Below, one piece after another: positions 32,448 to 42,177 of a DNA stretch of 64,000 bases. The stretch comes from a virus (lineage: Duplodnaviria; Caudoviricetes). Where the stretch lies: the IMG/VR virus record IMGVR_UViG_3300028048_000055, positions 32,001 through 96,000 of that record. One strand, written 5' to 3'. The number at the start of each line of letters is the position of its first letter. Positions within the stretch are counted from its first letter, which is position 1. Made by a program: the position numbers and the translations under genes. The notes beneath the pieces were generated by a model that saw only the letters and a list, made by a program, of their open reading frames with translations, searched no databases and had not been told where the DNA came from.

Positions 32448-32806
32448 TGTATTATAATGACCTTGAAGATGAATGTTCTGACATTAGACATCTCATTAAG
32501 CGTAATATGCGAGATGATGAAGATCGTAAAAAGGATATTATTATATTCACCGAAGACGAATGTAAAGAAATTTTAAGAATGATTGAAAAAGTCGAAGATG
32601 AATATACTGATATGGCTAATGAGTTAGATTGTAAAGAAAGTGAGATCAGTGACTTGGAAGACGAAATTGATAGTTTGAAATATCATGAAGATGTTCCTGA
32701 AGAACTTGCAAGATTACTTGACCACAGTGACTTTGATGTTGGTACGGTTCAAATTCTTGAAGAATCAATATCAAATATTTTAAAAGCTAGAGGCTATAAT
32801 GTTTAA
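32447..32806 (+). CDS. acidic coiled-coil hypothetical protein
   Basis: coupled ORF. Confidence 0.7.
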   Translation: MYYNDLEDECSDIRHLIKRNMRDDEDRKKDIIIFTEDECKEILRMIEKVEDEYTDMANELDCKESEISDLEDEIDSLKYHEDVPEELARLLDHSDFDVGTVQILEESISNILKARGYNV

Positions 32807-32866
32807 AGAACATTTGTAAAGACTAAAGGGTTTACAAACCCTTTATTTTTTTATATATTTGACTTT

Positions 32867-33088
32867 ATGGGAAAAGAAGAAGTAAAATTAAAAGAATATT
32901 CATTTGAAATCCAATCAACTGATGATACAAGTGAAACTGTAGGTATTGTTGGTGAAGAATATTCTAGCGTTTATAGTGATGAAAAGTTTTATCGTAAAGA
33001 AGATGTTGATGCTTTACTTGCAGAAAAGGATAAAGAAATTAAGCAGCTAGAATATTTGTTACATATTTCTACAAAGCAGGTACGTTAG
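32867..33088 (+). CDS. hypothetical protein
   Basis: ORF after a promoter. Confidence 0.6.
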   Translation: MGKEEVKLKEYSFEIQSTDDTSETVGIVGEEYSSVYSDEKFYRKEDVDALLAEKDKEIKQLEYLLHISTKQVR

Positions 33089-33089
33089 T

Positions 33090-33497
33090 ATGAAACCGAT
33101 TTTTATTAGTGGAAGTTCAAAAATTCATGAATTGAATGCTGAAATGAAAGATGCATTGAATAATGTAATTAAACGTAATATTCCAGTGCTTGTTGGCGAT
33201 TGTTTCGGCGTTGATTCTCTTGTCCAACGATATTTAAATGAGCAGAATTATACAAATGTAACTGTTTATTGTTCTGGTTCATATCCTCGTTGTTATAACA
33301 ATAAGTTTCAGTTAAAACATTGTGTAGATGAAACAATGTCTAAGTCTGGTCGAGACTTTTATGAAATAAAGGATATTCAAATGACTGAAGATTGTGCTGG
33401 AGCACTTATGTTCTGGGACGGAAAAAGTATTGGAACAAAAAACAATATCGAACGTTGTAGGGCGCTTAATAAAAATTATAAAATAATCAAGGCATAA
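33090..33497 (+). CDS. SLOG-superfamily-like protein
   Basis: FISGS...VGDCFGVD...WDGKSIGT. Confidence 0.65.
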   Translation: MKPIFISGSSKIHELNAEMKDALNNVIKRNIPVLVGDCFGVDSLVQRYLNEQNYTNVTVYCSGSYPRCYNNKFQLKHCVDETMSKSGRDFYEIKDIQMTEDCAGALMFWDGKSIGTKNNIERCRALNKNYKIIKA

Positions 33498-33499
33498 TT

Positions 33500-34318
33500 A
33501 TGGGAAGTATCAAAGAAGAAAATATTAAGATTTTTAATCATACACAAGAAATTATTAAAAAAGATAAGACTTTATTAGCATCTATTGAAAATTCAATTAA
33601 GAATTCTGAATTTTTTCCAGCAAATATGACAGTTGATATTTATTGTGATAATAAAATTCCAGCAAATATCAAGGTTACAAAGAATAGTTCTTTCAATGCA
33701 GCGAGAAATTATACTGGTAAAGTAGCAGTTCTTAATTTTGCATCTGCCACTAATCCTGGTGGCGGTGTAACAAAGGGTTCTAATGCTCAGGAAGAATGTC
33801 TTTGTCGTTGTTCTACTCTTTATAATGTTTTGTCTGATAAAAAGTTTGATGAACTTTTTTATTCGCCTAATAAAAACTACGGTAATGCACTTCATACTGA
33901 TGATTTGATTTATACTCCTGATATTCAAATTATCAAGTCTGATAATTATAATATGTTATATCGACCATTTTCTGTTGATGTAATTACTTGTGCTGCACCT
34001 AATCTTCGTGAAACTCCTGCCAATGCATATAATCATGAACGTGGCGAACATCCGAATATTACAGATGACGAATTAAGACAACTTCATCTTCGTAGAGCAC
34101 TTCATATTCTTGAAATGGCAGCAGCTAAGGGTGATAAAACTATTATTCTTGGTGCATTTGGTTGTGGTGCATTTAAGAATCCACCGGAAATTGTTGCAAC
34201 TGCCTATAAGCAAGCGATTGAAGGTATGAAATATCTATTTAAGAATATTGAATTTGCTGTCTATTGTGGAAAAGATTCTGTAAATTATGATGTATTTAAG
34301 AAAATAATTGAAGGATAA
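33500..34318 (+). CDS. microbial-type PARG / TIGR02452 macrodomain ADP-ribose glycohydrolase
   Basis: LNFASATNPGGG...AQEECLCRCS and LGAFGCGAF motifs. Confidence 0.88.
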   Translation: MGSIKEENIKIFNHTQEIIKKDKTLLASIENSIKNSEFFPANMTVDIYCDNKIPANIKVTKNSSFNAARNYTGKVAVLNFASATNPGGGVTKGSNAQEECLCRCSTLYNVLSDKKFDELFYSPNKNYGNALHTDDLIYTPDIQIIKSDNYNMLYRPFSVDVITCAAPNLRETPANAYNHERGEHPNITDDELRQLHLRRALHILEMAAAKGDKTIILGAFGCGAFKNPPEIVATAYKQAIEGMKYLFKNIEFAVYCGKDSVNYDVFKKIIEG

Positions 34319-34883
34319 TAACGAATTTATTATGAGCCAAGACATAAATAATTACGTAATTAATGCTATACTTAATACAAAGGAAAATTCTCCTGATTAT
34401 TTTATAGCATGTCTTAAACAGCGTCTCGCTGACGGACAAGGAAGTACGACTGATTTTAAAACAGTTGAAGAGCTTGAGAAAGCACTTCTTGCCGCTGATT
34501 GGGAAAAGTTTGAACACCCAAATATAGCAGAAAATTGTTTAGGTTTTATTACCAAGTCTTTCGGTGGTCATATGGGTATGATTCCACTTGAATATTTATC
34601 TAATCAGTTAATTTGTCGACTTGATGATATTAAAGGAACTGGAAAGCTTTCATTGACTTGTTATGCTGATAGTGATAGATATCCAGTTGACTATAATGTC
34701 TTGATTATTGGCGATGACGGATTTGGCCCATGTATGTTTACGTTCCATCCTGGTGAACCACTGAAACCGTCTACTTTATCGTCTGATGGTAATAATGAAT
34801 TCGGATTGAAAGAGGGCGATACTATAAATGTAGCGCAAGCTAAAAAATTCGGGTTCAAATATGTAAAACTTCTCACAATTTAG
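34308..34883 (+). CDS. hypothetical protein
   Basis: ORF with FTFHPGEP motif. Confidence 0.7.
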   Translation: MKDNNEFIMSQDINNYVINAILNTKENSPDYFIACLKQRLADGQGSTTDFKTVEELEKALLAADWEKFEHPNIAENCLGFITKSFGGHMGMIPLEYLSNQLICRLDDIKGTGKLSLTCYADSDRYPVDYNVLIIGDDGFGPCMFTFHPGEPLKPSTLSSDGNNEFGLKEGDTINVAQAKKFGFKYVKLLTI

Positions 34884-34939
34884 GGATTTACAAAAGTAAA
34901 ATCATTTACTATATTTAATTTCACAAAATGAATAAAAAC

Positions 34940-34989
34940 GCATAGAGAGTTCCTATGAAATGGTTCTAGGAAAACTGAATACTCTCCGC
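34940..34989 (+). promoter_or_regulatory. UCCUAU scaffold copy 11 in the 5' UTR of the 650-aa gene
   Basis: GC-ATA-GAGAGT-TCCTAT...TAC-TCTC-C-GC between promoter 34887-34915 and the AAAGGA SD. Confidence 0.75.
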
Positions 34990-35006
34990 TAAAAAGGAAA
35001 CAAAAA

Positions 35007-36959
35007 ATGTCTAAGAACTTTAATGTAAAGCTCATCACCATGTTTAACGTCGCTCCGGTTGTTGAAAAGTCAGAACAGCTGTCTTTCGAGGAAGTCAACC
35101 AGGAAGCATCTAAGTATGGATATATTATCCATCCTGATTGTTGTTCTAAAATCGTGCTTGATTGGATTAAGCAGGAAGCGAAGACTAATTATAACGCTAC
35201 CTTCTACAAGCAGTGGTCTGATATTACATCTAAGACCCGTTTTGAGCTTTTGATTGACCAGATCCGTCATTATGCTACTACTTATGGTACTGATTATACT
35301 GCTGGTCAGGGTTATGTTCCGAATGATACTCCGAATGTAGAAATTCCGTTTGAAAAGTTTAAGGTTATTATGCCGGCAACTATCAAGGAAATCTATGACC
35401 GTGCTGTTGGTATGTTTACCAGTGGTATCGCACTCAATGAAGATACTGTCAATATTTTGACTGACTTCGTTTCCTATCATATCAAGCATTCTAAGTTTGA
35501 ATTCGATGTTGATAAGGTTAAGAATAAGGAAGTTCAGGTCAAGCTTTGTGATGAATTTGGTTTGACTCCGAAGGATCCGTTTGCACTTTTGCGTTACCTT
35601 GTTTACAAGGCAACTGGTAAGCTCATGCTTATTAAGGACCGTAATACTATCAAGGCTTTAAAGGAAAACCATGATAAGTATACTCTTACTAACCTTACTC
35701 AGGAACAGAAGATTGCTCTTGCATCTATCTTCTACCGTTTCAAGCCGTTGTTCCTCGCTATGAAGTCTACTTCTGGTGCTTCTAAGTCTATGACTACTGA
35801 AGCTTTCCGTAAGGCTGCAAAGTCAATCGGTGTTAATGTTGCTAAGTCTGCAACTAATGCAAGTGTTGTCAACGAAATTCGTCGTTTGGCAAAGACTTAT
35901 CATAAGCCGTTTAAGTCTGGTCTTTGGGAAACTGTTCTTTGCGAAAAGAAGGATCTCGAACAGGTAAAGGCTCATCTTGGTGATATTACCAACTTCAAGA
36001 AGATTACTCTTATGCAGGGCATCATGGCTAAGCTCCAGAAGTGCAATGGTAAGATGTATGTTATCCGTAATGGTAAGATGTGGGTTGATGCCGATTACAA
36101 GCCGAAGAGCGATAACACTTCTTATTTGATGTTTCTTTATAACATTCTTGAACAGTCTATCGTTGATTCTATCAAGGGTAAGGCTGGTTACGTTGTTGTT
36201 CCGAAGAATGTTATTTTCGCAGTTCCGACTTCTGAAAAGAACTTTATCGGTAACTATCCATTTGGTACTTCCGTAGAACTTAGCAACACTAACAATGTTG
36301 TTGGTATCTACTGGCGTAATGAATGGAAGACTCGTGACTTTGACCTTCACATGTATGATCTTGCTGGTAATAGCTATGGTTGGAACTCCAGCTATACTAA
36401 CGGTAAGAACACTGTCATCTATTCTGGTGATATGACTAATGCTGAACCGGAAGCTACTGAGATGTTCTACTTCTCTAAGGAAATCGGTTCTGGTAAGATC
36501 AGTGTTAACCAGTTTAATGGTGAAACTAAGTCTCAGTTCAAGCTCTTCGTAGCAACTGAAGATGTTCGTAATAAGCTTAAGGGTGTTGATACTTACCGTC
36601 GTCAGAATGGTTGTGTCATGTGTGACCCGAACAATGTTAAGGCTGAATTCATGATTCCGGTCGATAATGAACGTCAGAAGGAATGTGCATTGATTACCGA
36701 TAACAAGGTATATCTCATGGACCTCACCTCTGGTAATGGTCGTGTTCCGGACCGTAAGTATACCAAGGTTTACCTTGAACAGCTCGAAATCAAGTGCCGT
36801 TCGTTCATTAGCTTGAACGATATCCTTGATAAGGCTGGATTTACTTTGGTCAATGAATTGCCGGAAGTTGCAGAAAATGAAGCTAAGCCGGAAGTAGTGC
36901 TTGATTTGACTAATCCGTCTAAGGATTCTCTTATCAGCCTCTTCAGTGAAGCAAAGTAA
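35007..36959 (+). CDS. 650-aa protein with TerD-like C-terminal domain; candidate RNA-binding partner of the scaffold RNAs
   Basis: GIYW...DFDLH...IYSGDMT...ATE TerD-like motif; strongly biased codon usage. Confidence 0.6.
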   Translation: MSKNFNVKLITMFNVAPVVEKSEQLSFEEVNQEASKYGYIIHPDCCSKIVLDWIKQEAKTNYNATFYKQWSDITSKTRFELLIDQIRHYATTYGTDYTAGQGYVPNDTPNVEIPFEKFKVIMPATIKEIYDRAVGMFTSGIALNEDTVNILTDFVSYHIKHSKFEFDVDKVKNKEVQVKLCDEFGLTPKDPFALLRYLVYKATGKLMLIKDRNTIKALKENHDKYTLTNLTQEQKIALASIFYRFKPLFLAMKSTSGASKSMTTEAFRKAAKSIGVNVAKSATNASVVNEIRRLAKTYHKPFKSGLWETVLCEKKDLEQVKAHLGDITNFKKITLMQGIMAKLQKCNGKMYVIRNGKMWVDADYKPKSDNTSYLMFLYNILEQSIVDSIKGKAGYVVVPKNVIFAVPTSEKNFIGNYPFGTSVELSNTNNVVGIYWRNEWKTRDFDLHMYDLAGNSYGWNSSYTNGKNTVIYSGDMTNAEPEATEMFYFSKEIGSGKISVNQFNGETKSQFKLFVATEDVRNKLKGVDTYRRQNGCVMCDPNNVKAEFMIPVDNERQKECALITDNKVYLMDLTSGNGRVPDRKYTKVYLEQLEIKCRSFISLNDILDKAGFTLVNELPEVAENEAKPEVVLDLTNPSKDSLISLFSEAK

Positions 36960-37262
36960 ACAGAAACTTAAGGGGAATAGTAAAATATTCCCCTTTTATA
37001 ATAAAAAGGAATAAAAATGAAATCTTTACTAACTCTTATTTTACTGCTTATTGTCATTTTCTTCTTGTTTAAGGCATTTGTAGTAGTTGTAGTTCCTGCG
37101 GCCACATTTGTTGGTCTTATTATACTTGCTTTTGTGCTTCTTCGACTTTTGCTGTAAAAAAGCGAAAATGAAAATTCAAAAATCATATATACTATATAAC
37201 ATTTGACAATACGCATGGCTTTTGACCATGCGTATATTTATTTTTAAAATAGTGAGGTATAT

Positions 37263-37634
37263 ATGAGAAATGTTGTTCAAGTAGTAAGATTTTACTTGAT
37301 TTGCAAGACTACTGGTATGAGATCAATAGATAGCTTGCTTGATAATCCTAATTATAATCCACTTCTAAAGAAATGTGTTGATGATATTAAGCGTTATCCA
37401 GATGCAAGCATCCAGGACTGTAAGTATTACAGAGCACAGCTTGATAAGGGCACATTTAAGTTCGATTCTGGAACCTGGGCCATGGATATTCGAGAAGAAG
37501 ACCTTCCTAAAGGCACAACTACTGAATATTTGGATTTAAAGAATGCATTTCAAGCCATTATTGACTGGATTAAGGCAAATCGAGATACATTTACAAAAAG
37601 ACTCCAAATGGAAGAAGAATTACGATATGCTTAA
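37263..37634 (+). CDS. hypothetical protein
   Basis: GAGGT SD. Confidence 0.7.
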   Translation: MRNVVQVVRFYLICKTTGMRSIDSLLDNPNYNPLLKKCVDDIKRYPDASIQDCKYYRAQLDKGTFKFDSGTWAMDIREEDLPKGTTTEYLDLKNAFQAIIDWIKANRDTFTKRLQMEEELRYA

Positions 37635-37698
37635 TATAAAACCTGGTTAATGGCCAGGTTTTTGTTATAAATAATATAAAAGTTTGAGGTTTTTAAAT

Positions 37699-40077
37699 AT
37701 GGAACAGAATTTTAATCAATATTTGAATGAAATGAAGGAAAAGAACCTTTATTCAACAGATATTAAATCTGATTTTTTGAATGAAGCTGATCATTGGTGG
37801 CAGACAAGACTTGACCCATTTAAAACAGATAAGAAATCCAGACCTTGTATTTCAATCGCAATCAGTTTTACTGCTGATAAGTTTATTGATAATGTCGCAG
37901 AACAGATTAAGGACATTTCTGGTGATGAATCTGAAAGTCAGAAGAAAATTACTGATAAAATCAGTGAATATATTTTAAAAATTAATAAGGCATTTAAAGA
38001 AACTTCTGGACATCTTTTTGTCAGAGGTCTTGATAATGGAACATTAAAATATTACTTCAAGATGTATTCTAAGACTGACCCTGAGGGTAATGCCAATGAT
38101 TTTAAGAGCCGTATTGATAAAGACCTTGAATTGTCTTTCGTAAAAAACAATATGACTGTCAAGGATGATACATATACCAAGATTGAACTTATTAATCTTA
38201 AAGATAAGCCAAATGAACTGAATCCTGGTAAAAATGAAAGCGATGATAAAGTTAAAGATCGTTTGAATAATTCTGTATTTGTAAAGAATATTGTTGAAAA
38301 GATTTCTGGAACAATCAAGTCCAGAATTGAAAAGGCAAATAATTTAGCTAAAAATGGTGAACTTAAACAAGTTTATTGTGTTCCATTTAAAATTTCCGAT
38401 ACACTTATTAACTCTGCAAAGGAAAACGCTAAAACAGAAGACCAATTCTGGTTAGATTTAATTACTGAAATTAATGACAATCTTATAAATGCTTTAGAAA
38501 ATATCGGAGATGCTATTAATTCTTATATTGGTATTGTCCCTATTAAGGCATATGGTTTTAACATTTACTTCACTGATAGAGATGCTGCTGAACAGTTTGC
38601 CGAACAGTTCAATCAAGAAGGTGATACAAAGATTTCTGAAAGAAAGAGATATGAAAAGAAGATTGCAAATTATGTTCAAGTCTTACAAGATTCTCCGGAA
38701 ACTGTTAATGGTAAAACACTAGAACCTCGTGAAGTTGGTTCTCTTGGTCCACAGCTTTATTTCCAGAGTACTTTATTTGCTCGTGAAAAAATTGCACCTG
38801 CTATAAAGGATAAATTTGATAATGCTGCATTAATTCAGGTAAATCGTTATACATTTGAAATTACCAAGGAAGTTATTAATACCATTATGCAAGGTAAAGA
38901 TGCTACTGGTAATGTTCAATTAGATCCTGTTCATGTATATGCTTATATCTATCAGAACTTAGTTAGATACTGTGAAGAATCTGATGAATTTATTGGTGCT
39001 GGTTCTACTACTGATGCACAAATTGAATTATACTTCTCAACAAATGCTTCTATTGAATATGTTAAGAATTTAGTTTCTCAACATTTGAGAATAGATAAAG
39101 ATAATAGCATTAAAGTTAAACAAGTTGCATTGACTAGAACTGAAATCGAAAAAGCTAAAGAAATCATGAAGAATGCAAATACTGCAGCTGAAAATTTTGA
39201 ATCTTTTGTCAGTGAACTTAAGAATAACAGTGAACATAATAAACTTGAGTTAGATGCATTAGAGCTTACATTATCTGATAAGACTAAAGAAGTTCTTGTT
39301 CAAGCTAAAAATTTTGGAAGAACTACTAGTTTCAATGGCGCTGTACAAACTATCATTAAGTCTATTGAGAATAAATTTAAATCTGTTAATGGTTATGTCG
39401 GTTTTATTTTTGATGATGAATATAAGGTTACAGTTTACTTCGAAAATGAAAATGGCGTAAACTATACTAAAGAACATTATAAGAGCGATGGCGAATTTAG
39501 TATTGGTGAATCCAAAACCGTTACTGTAAGTAATACTGAATTAGATAGAATTAAAGATTTACACTTAAGCGATGGCTTATATAAGTCTATTGATAAGACT
39601 ATTGCCAATAATAAAGCAGCAGAAGAAACTAAAGAATATAAGTATTCTATTTCTTATAATTTAGTTAATAAAGATTTAAAAATTAGTGAATTTGTAGAAG
39701 TATATAAGAAAATACCTAATACTATTAATGAATCTTTCCATTCTACATTATTTGCTTACTTGATGAATAAAGTTAATCTTAATGAAGCTGAATCTAATTT
39801 TGATAAAGCTAAGAAAATATTAGGTAAACCAGAAAATCAAGATAAAACAATAAGCGATTTCTTTGCAGAAGTTACATTAGTTTTACGTACTAAAATAGCT
39901 AGCTTATGTTCTGTAGCTAAAGAAAATTATGGTGAAAAAATGTTTAATTATAAGTCACTTAATAATGATGAACAATTTATGACTATCACTTGTGTCGGTA
40001 AAATAAAAGACACAATTGAAACTAAATTATTAAAACCATTAAATGATACAAATTTAGTTAAATGTAAAAAGCTTTAG
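37699..40077 (+). CDS. large hypothetical late protein
   Basis: TATAAATA upstream; GAGG SD. Confidence 0.75.
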   Translation: MEQNFNQYLNEMKEKNLYSTDIKSDFLNEADHWWQTRLDPFKTDKKSRPCISIAISFTADKFIDNVAEQIKDISGDESESQKKITDKISEYILKINKAFKETSGHLFVRGLDNGTLKYYFKMYSKTDPEGNANDFKSRIDKDLELSFVKNNMTVKDDTYTKIELINLKDKPNELNPGKNESDDKVKDRLNNSVFVKNIVEKISGTIKSRIEKANNLAKNGELKQVYCVPFKISDTLINSAKENAKTEDQFWLDLITEINDNLINALENIGDAINSYIGIVPIKAYGFNIYFTDRDAAEQFAEQFNQEGDTKISERKRYEKKIANYVQVLQDSPETVNGKTLEPREVGSLGPQLYFQSTLFAREKIAPAIKDKFDNAALIQVNRYTFEITKEVINTIMQGKDATGNVQLDPVHVYAYIYQNLVRYCEESDEFIGAGSTTDAQIELYFSTNASIEYVKNLVSQHLRIDKDNSIKVKQVALTRTEIEKAKEIMKNANTAAENFESFVSELKNNSEHNKLELDALELTLSDKTKEVLVQAKNFGRTTSFNGAVQTIIKSIENKFKSVNGYVGFIFDDEYKVTVYFENENGVNYTKEHYKSDGEFSIGESKTVTVSNTELDRIKDLHLSDGLYKSIDKTIANNKAAEETKEYKYSISYNLVNKDLKISEFVEVYKKIPNTINESFHSTLFAYLMNKVNLNEAESNFDKAKKILGKPENQDKTISDFFAEVTLVLRTKIASLCSVAKENYGEKMFNYKSLNNDEQFMTITCVGKIKDTIETKLLKPLNDTNLVKCKKL

Positions 40078-40137
40078 TATTAAATATTAGTTAATAAAAC
40101 CGGATATCACTATCCGGTTTTTCTTTATAAATAAGAT

Positions 40138-40710
40138 ATGAGTGGAATTACACAACATATTAATGACTTTAGTAATAACAAGTTTGTGGTCCGATTCTCA
40201 AATATTGTCAATATGACAAATTTTGAATTGGATAGTCACATCCTAGATAACTATGTAAAAAATGTCAGCGTCCCTGATCTTTCTATTCCTATGTTGGATA
40301 GTAGATATAAGCATGAACGACAGTTACATCCGAATCCAGTTGGCGCTCGTGAATTACAGACTATGAATATCGAGTTCATTCTTGATGAACATATGTGTAA
40401 TTACTATCTTTTCTATTCATGGATTTACTGGATGCGTTTTGGTGAACCTTGCGGAAAGACTAGCCTTAAAGGTGAAGAGCTTCTTCGTATGGACTGTGTT
40501 GACGCAATCGAATTAGTTTCTTTAAATAATAATAACAAGATTATTTCAAAGATGAAATTCAAACATGCGATTCCTACAACATTGTCTAACTTAAGCCTTC
40601 AATATGGTTCCGCAGACCAAGTAACATTTGTAGTTACATTCGAATATGAACTTATTGACTTGATGCTTGAAAATACAGAAGATATTACTGGTAAAACTGG
40701 TATTCAATAA
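40138..40710 (+). CDS. T4 gp3/gp19-like tail protein
   Basis: NVSVPDLS...EFILDE..NY...W...VTFEY pattern; late promoter. Confidence 0.6.
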   Translation: MSGITQHINDFSNNKFVVRFSNIVNMTNFELDSHILDNYVKNVSVPDLSIPMLDSRYKHERQLHPNPVGARELQTMNIEFILDEHMCNYYLFYSWIYWMRFGEPCGKTSLKGEELLRMDCVDAIELVSLNNNNKIISKMKFKHAIPTTLSNLSLQYGSADQVTFVVTFEYELIDLMLENTEDITGKTGIQ

Positions 40711-40719
40711 GAGGTTAAA

Positions 40720-41307
40720 ATGTATTCTGAAGAATGTCTAAATTATATAAATGAATCTCTTATTGTCGATAAGATTAAAGCTAAGATTAATGATTTAAAA
40801 AATCGAAAAGCTAAATGTAAAAATAAAGCTGAACTTAATAAGGTTCAAAATACTGTTAAAGCATTAGGCAGTAAAGTTAAAAATTCTACTTTAAGTTCTA
40901 ATGTAAAAAAAGCATTGCTTATAAGTATTTTTGGTCTTTTAACAACGGCTAGCCATGCTAATACATTTGCAGAACTCCAATCTCAATATAATTTAAAACC
41001 GACTACTATTGAATATGAAGGTAGTGGTGCATTTGATGAGCCTTTTGAAGAAGATATTATTGAAGATGCAAAATATCTAGCTGTTGCTACAAAGGGTGCA
41101 AATATAAAAGGTATTGAATTAGAAAATACTGATGTCGATGACCCAGACGAAGATGTTACCAGAGTTTATAACTTTACAAATGGTATATCTATTACAGTTA
41201 ATGTTCATGACGCAATATTTGTTTATGATAATGGTATTTTAATCAGACAATATGAAGCACATAATCCAGCAATGGATGCTTTATTAGATGTCGCAAGAAA
41301 TTTTTAG
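40720..41307 (+). CDS. hypothetical protein
   Basis: GAGG SD. Confidence 0.7.
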   Translation: MYSEECLNYINESLIVDKIKAKINDLKNRKAKCKNKAELNKVQNTVKALGSKVKNSTLSSNVKKALLISIFGLLTTASHANTFAELQSQYNLKPTTIEYEGSGAFDEPFEEDIIEDAKYLAVATKGANIKGIELENTDVDDPDEDVTRVYNFTNGISITVNVHDAIFVYDNGILIRQYEAHNPAMDALLDVARNF

Positions 41308-41375
41308 AATAATTCTATTATAATATTAAAAATGGTTTACAAATAACCATTTTTCTTTATATTATAAATATATAA

Positions 41376-41870
41376 ATGTTTGAAGATTCTTTAAGACAAC
41401 AAATTGATTTTTTTGAATGTGAACCGACTAACGAAGTAGTTAACGGTTTTTTCTACATATTAGAATATAAAGCTACACATGAAGTTTCTATAAAAGAAGG
41501 TTATGATAGAAACCCTGTTATATATTGTTTTATGCCTGATGAACGCAATATAAACTGTTTCTGGGGTATAAATTTCCATTGCTTTAATCAACCAGAGCAA
41601 CACCTGATTTTTACAAAGATGTTAAAATATTATAATATTATGGAACATAATAATAAAAGAGTAGTCTTATCTGGAGAACAGCTTAATAGAATCTATACCA
41701 ATATTGGTATTGGTCTTAGATGCTATAGTCGTAAAAATGTTAGAGCAGCATATAAGATACACAATTATTATATTCCAAAGTATTTAAATTTCGAACCTGA
41801 CTTCTATATAAAGAATAAGGAATTGATTAACATTGACTTTAAGCTTGCACCTGGTAATAAAGGATTTTAA
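41376..41870 (+). CDS. T4 gp2-like DNA end protector
   Basis: YDRNPVI...FWGINFH...RCY motif order. Confidence 0.55.
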   Translation: MFEDSLRQQIDFFECEPTNEVVNGFFYILEYKATHEVSIKEGYDRNPVIYCFMPDERNINCFWGINFHCFNQPEQHLIFTKMLKYYNIMEHNNKRVVLSGEQLNRIYTNIGIGLRCYSRKNVRAAYKIHNYYIPKYLNFEPDFYIKNKELINIDFKLAPGNKGF

Positions 41871-42160
41871 TGAACTATAGCAAAATTTATGATATGATTA
41901 TATATAGAGCACAAACAAGAGATAATAATGCATTATTGGAGGTTGAACGACACCATATACTTCCAAGATCAGAAGGTGGTTCTTCTAAAAAGACCAATCT
42001 TGTCGAGCTCACTTTAAAAGAACATTTTATAGCACACATGTTACTCATTAAAATGGGTAAGTGTTTGCGATATTGCTATAGACATTTAAATTCTAGTCGT
42101 GAATACGTAATCGAAAAACGAAAAGAACGTAAAAAGAAAGGCTTGTATTACGAAGAATAG
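41870..42160 (+). CDS. short HNH protein (MobE-like N-terminal domain)
   Basis: ERHHILPRSEGGS...NLVELTLKEHFIAHMLL. Confidence 0.75.
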   Translation: MNYSKIYDMIIYRAQTRDNNALLEVERHHILPRSEGGSSKKTNLVELTLKEHFIAHMLLIKMGKCLRYCYRHLNSSREYVIEKRKERKKKGLYYEE

Positions 42161-42177
42161 AATGTTATAAATAATGT

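Noticed and set aside
12396-34989. GTTCCTAT repeats as a CRISPR array or DNA operator
   Set aside because: Copies are dispersed and irregularly spaced, flanks covary as RNA helices, and no cas genes are present.
35059-36350. Alternative-frame and antisense ORFs inside ORF 35007
   Set aside because: They are by-products of the biased codon usage of the main gene.
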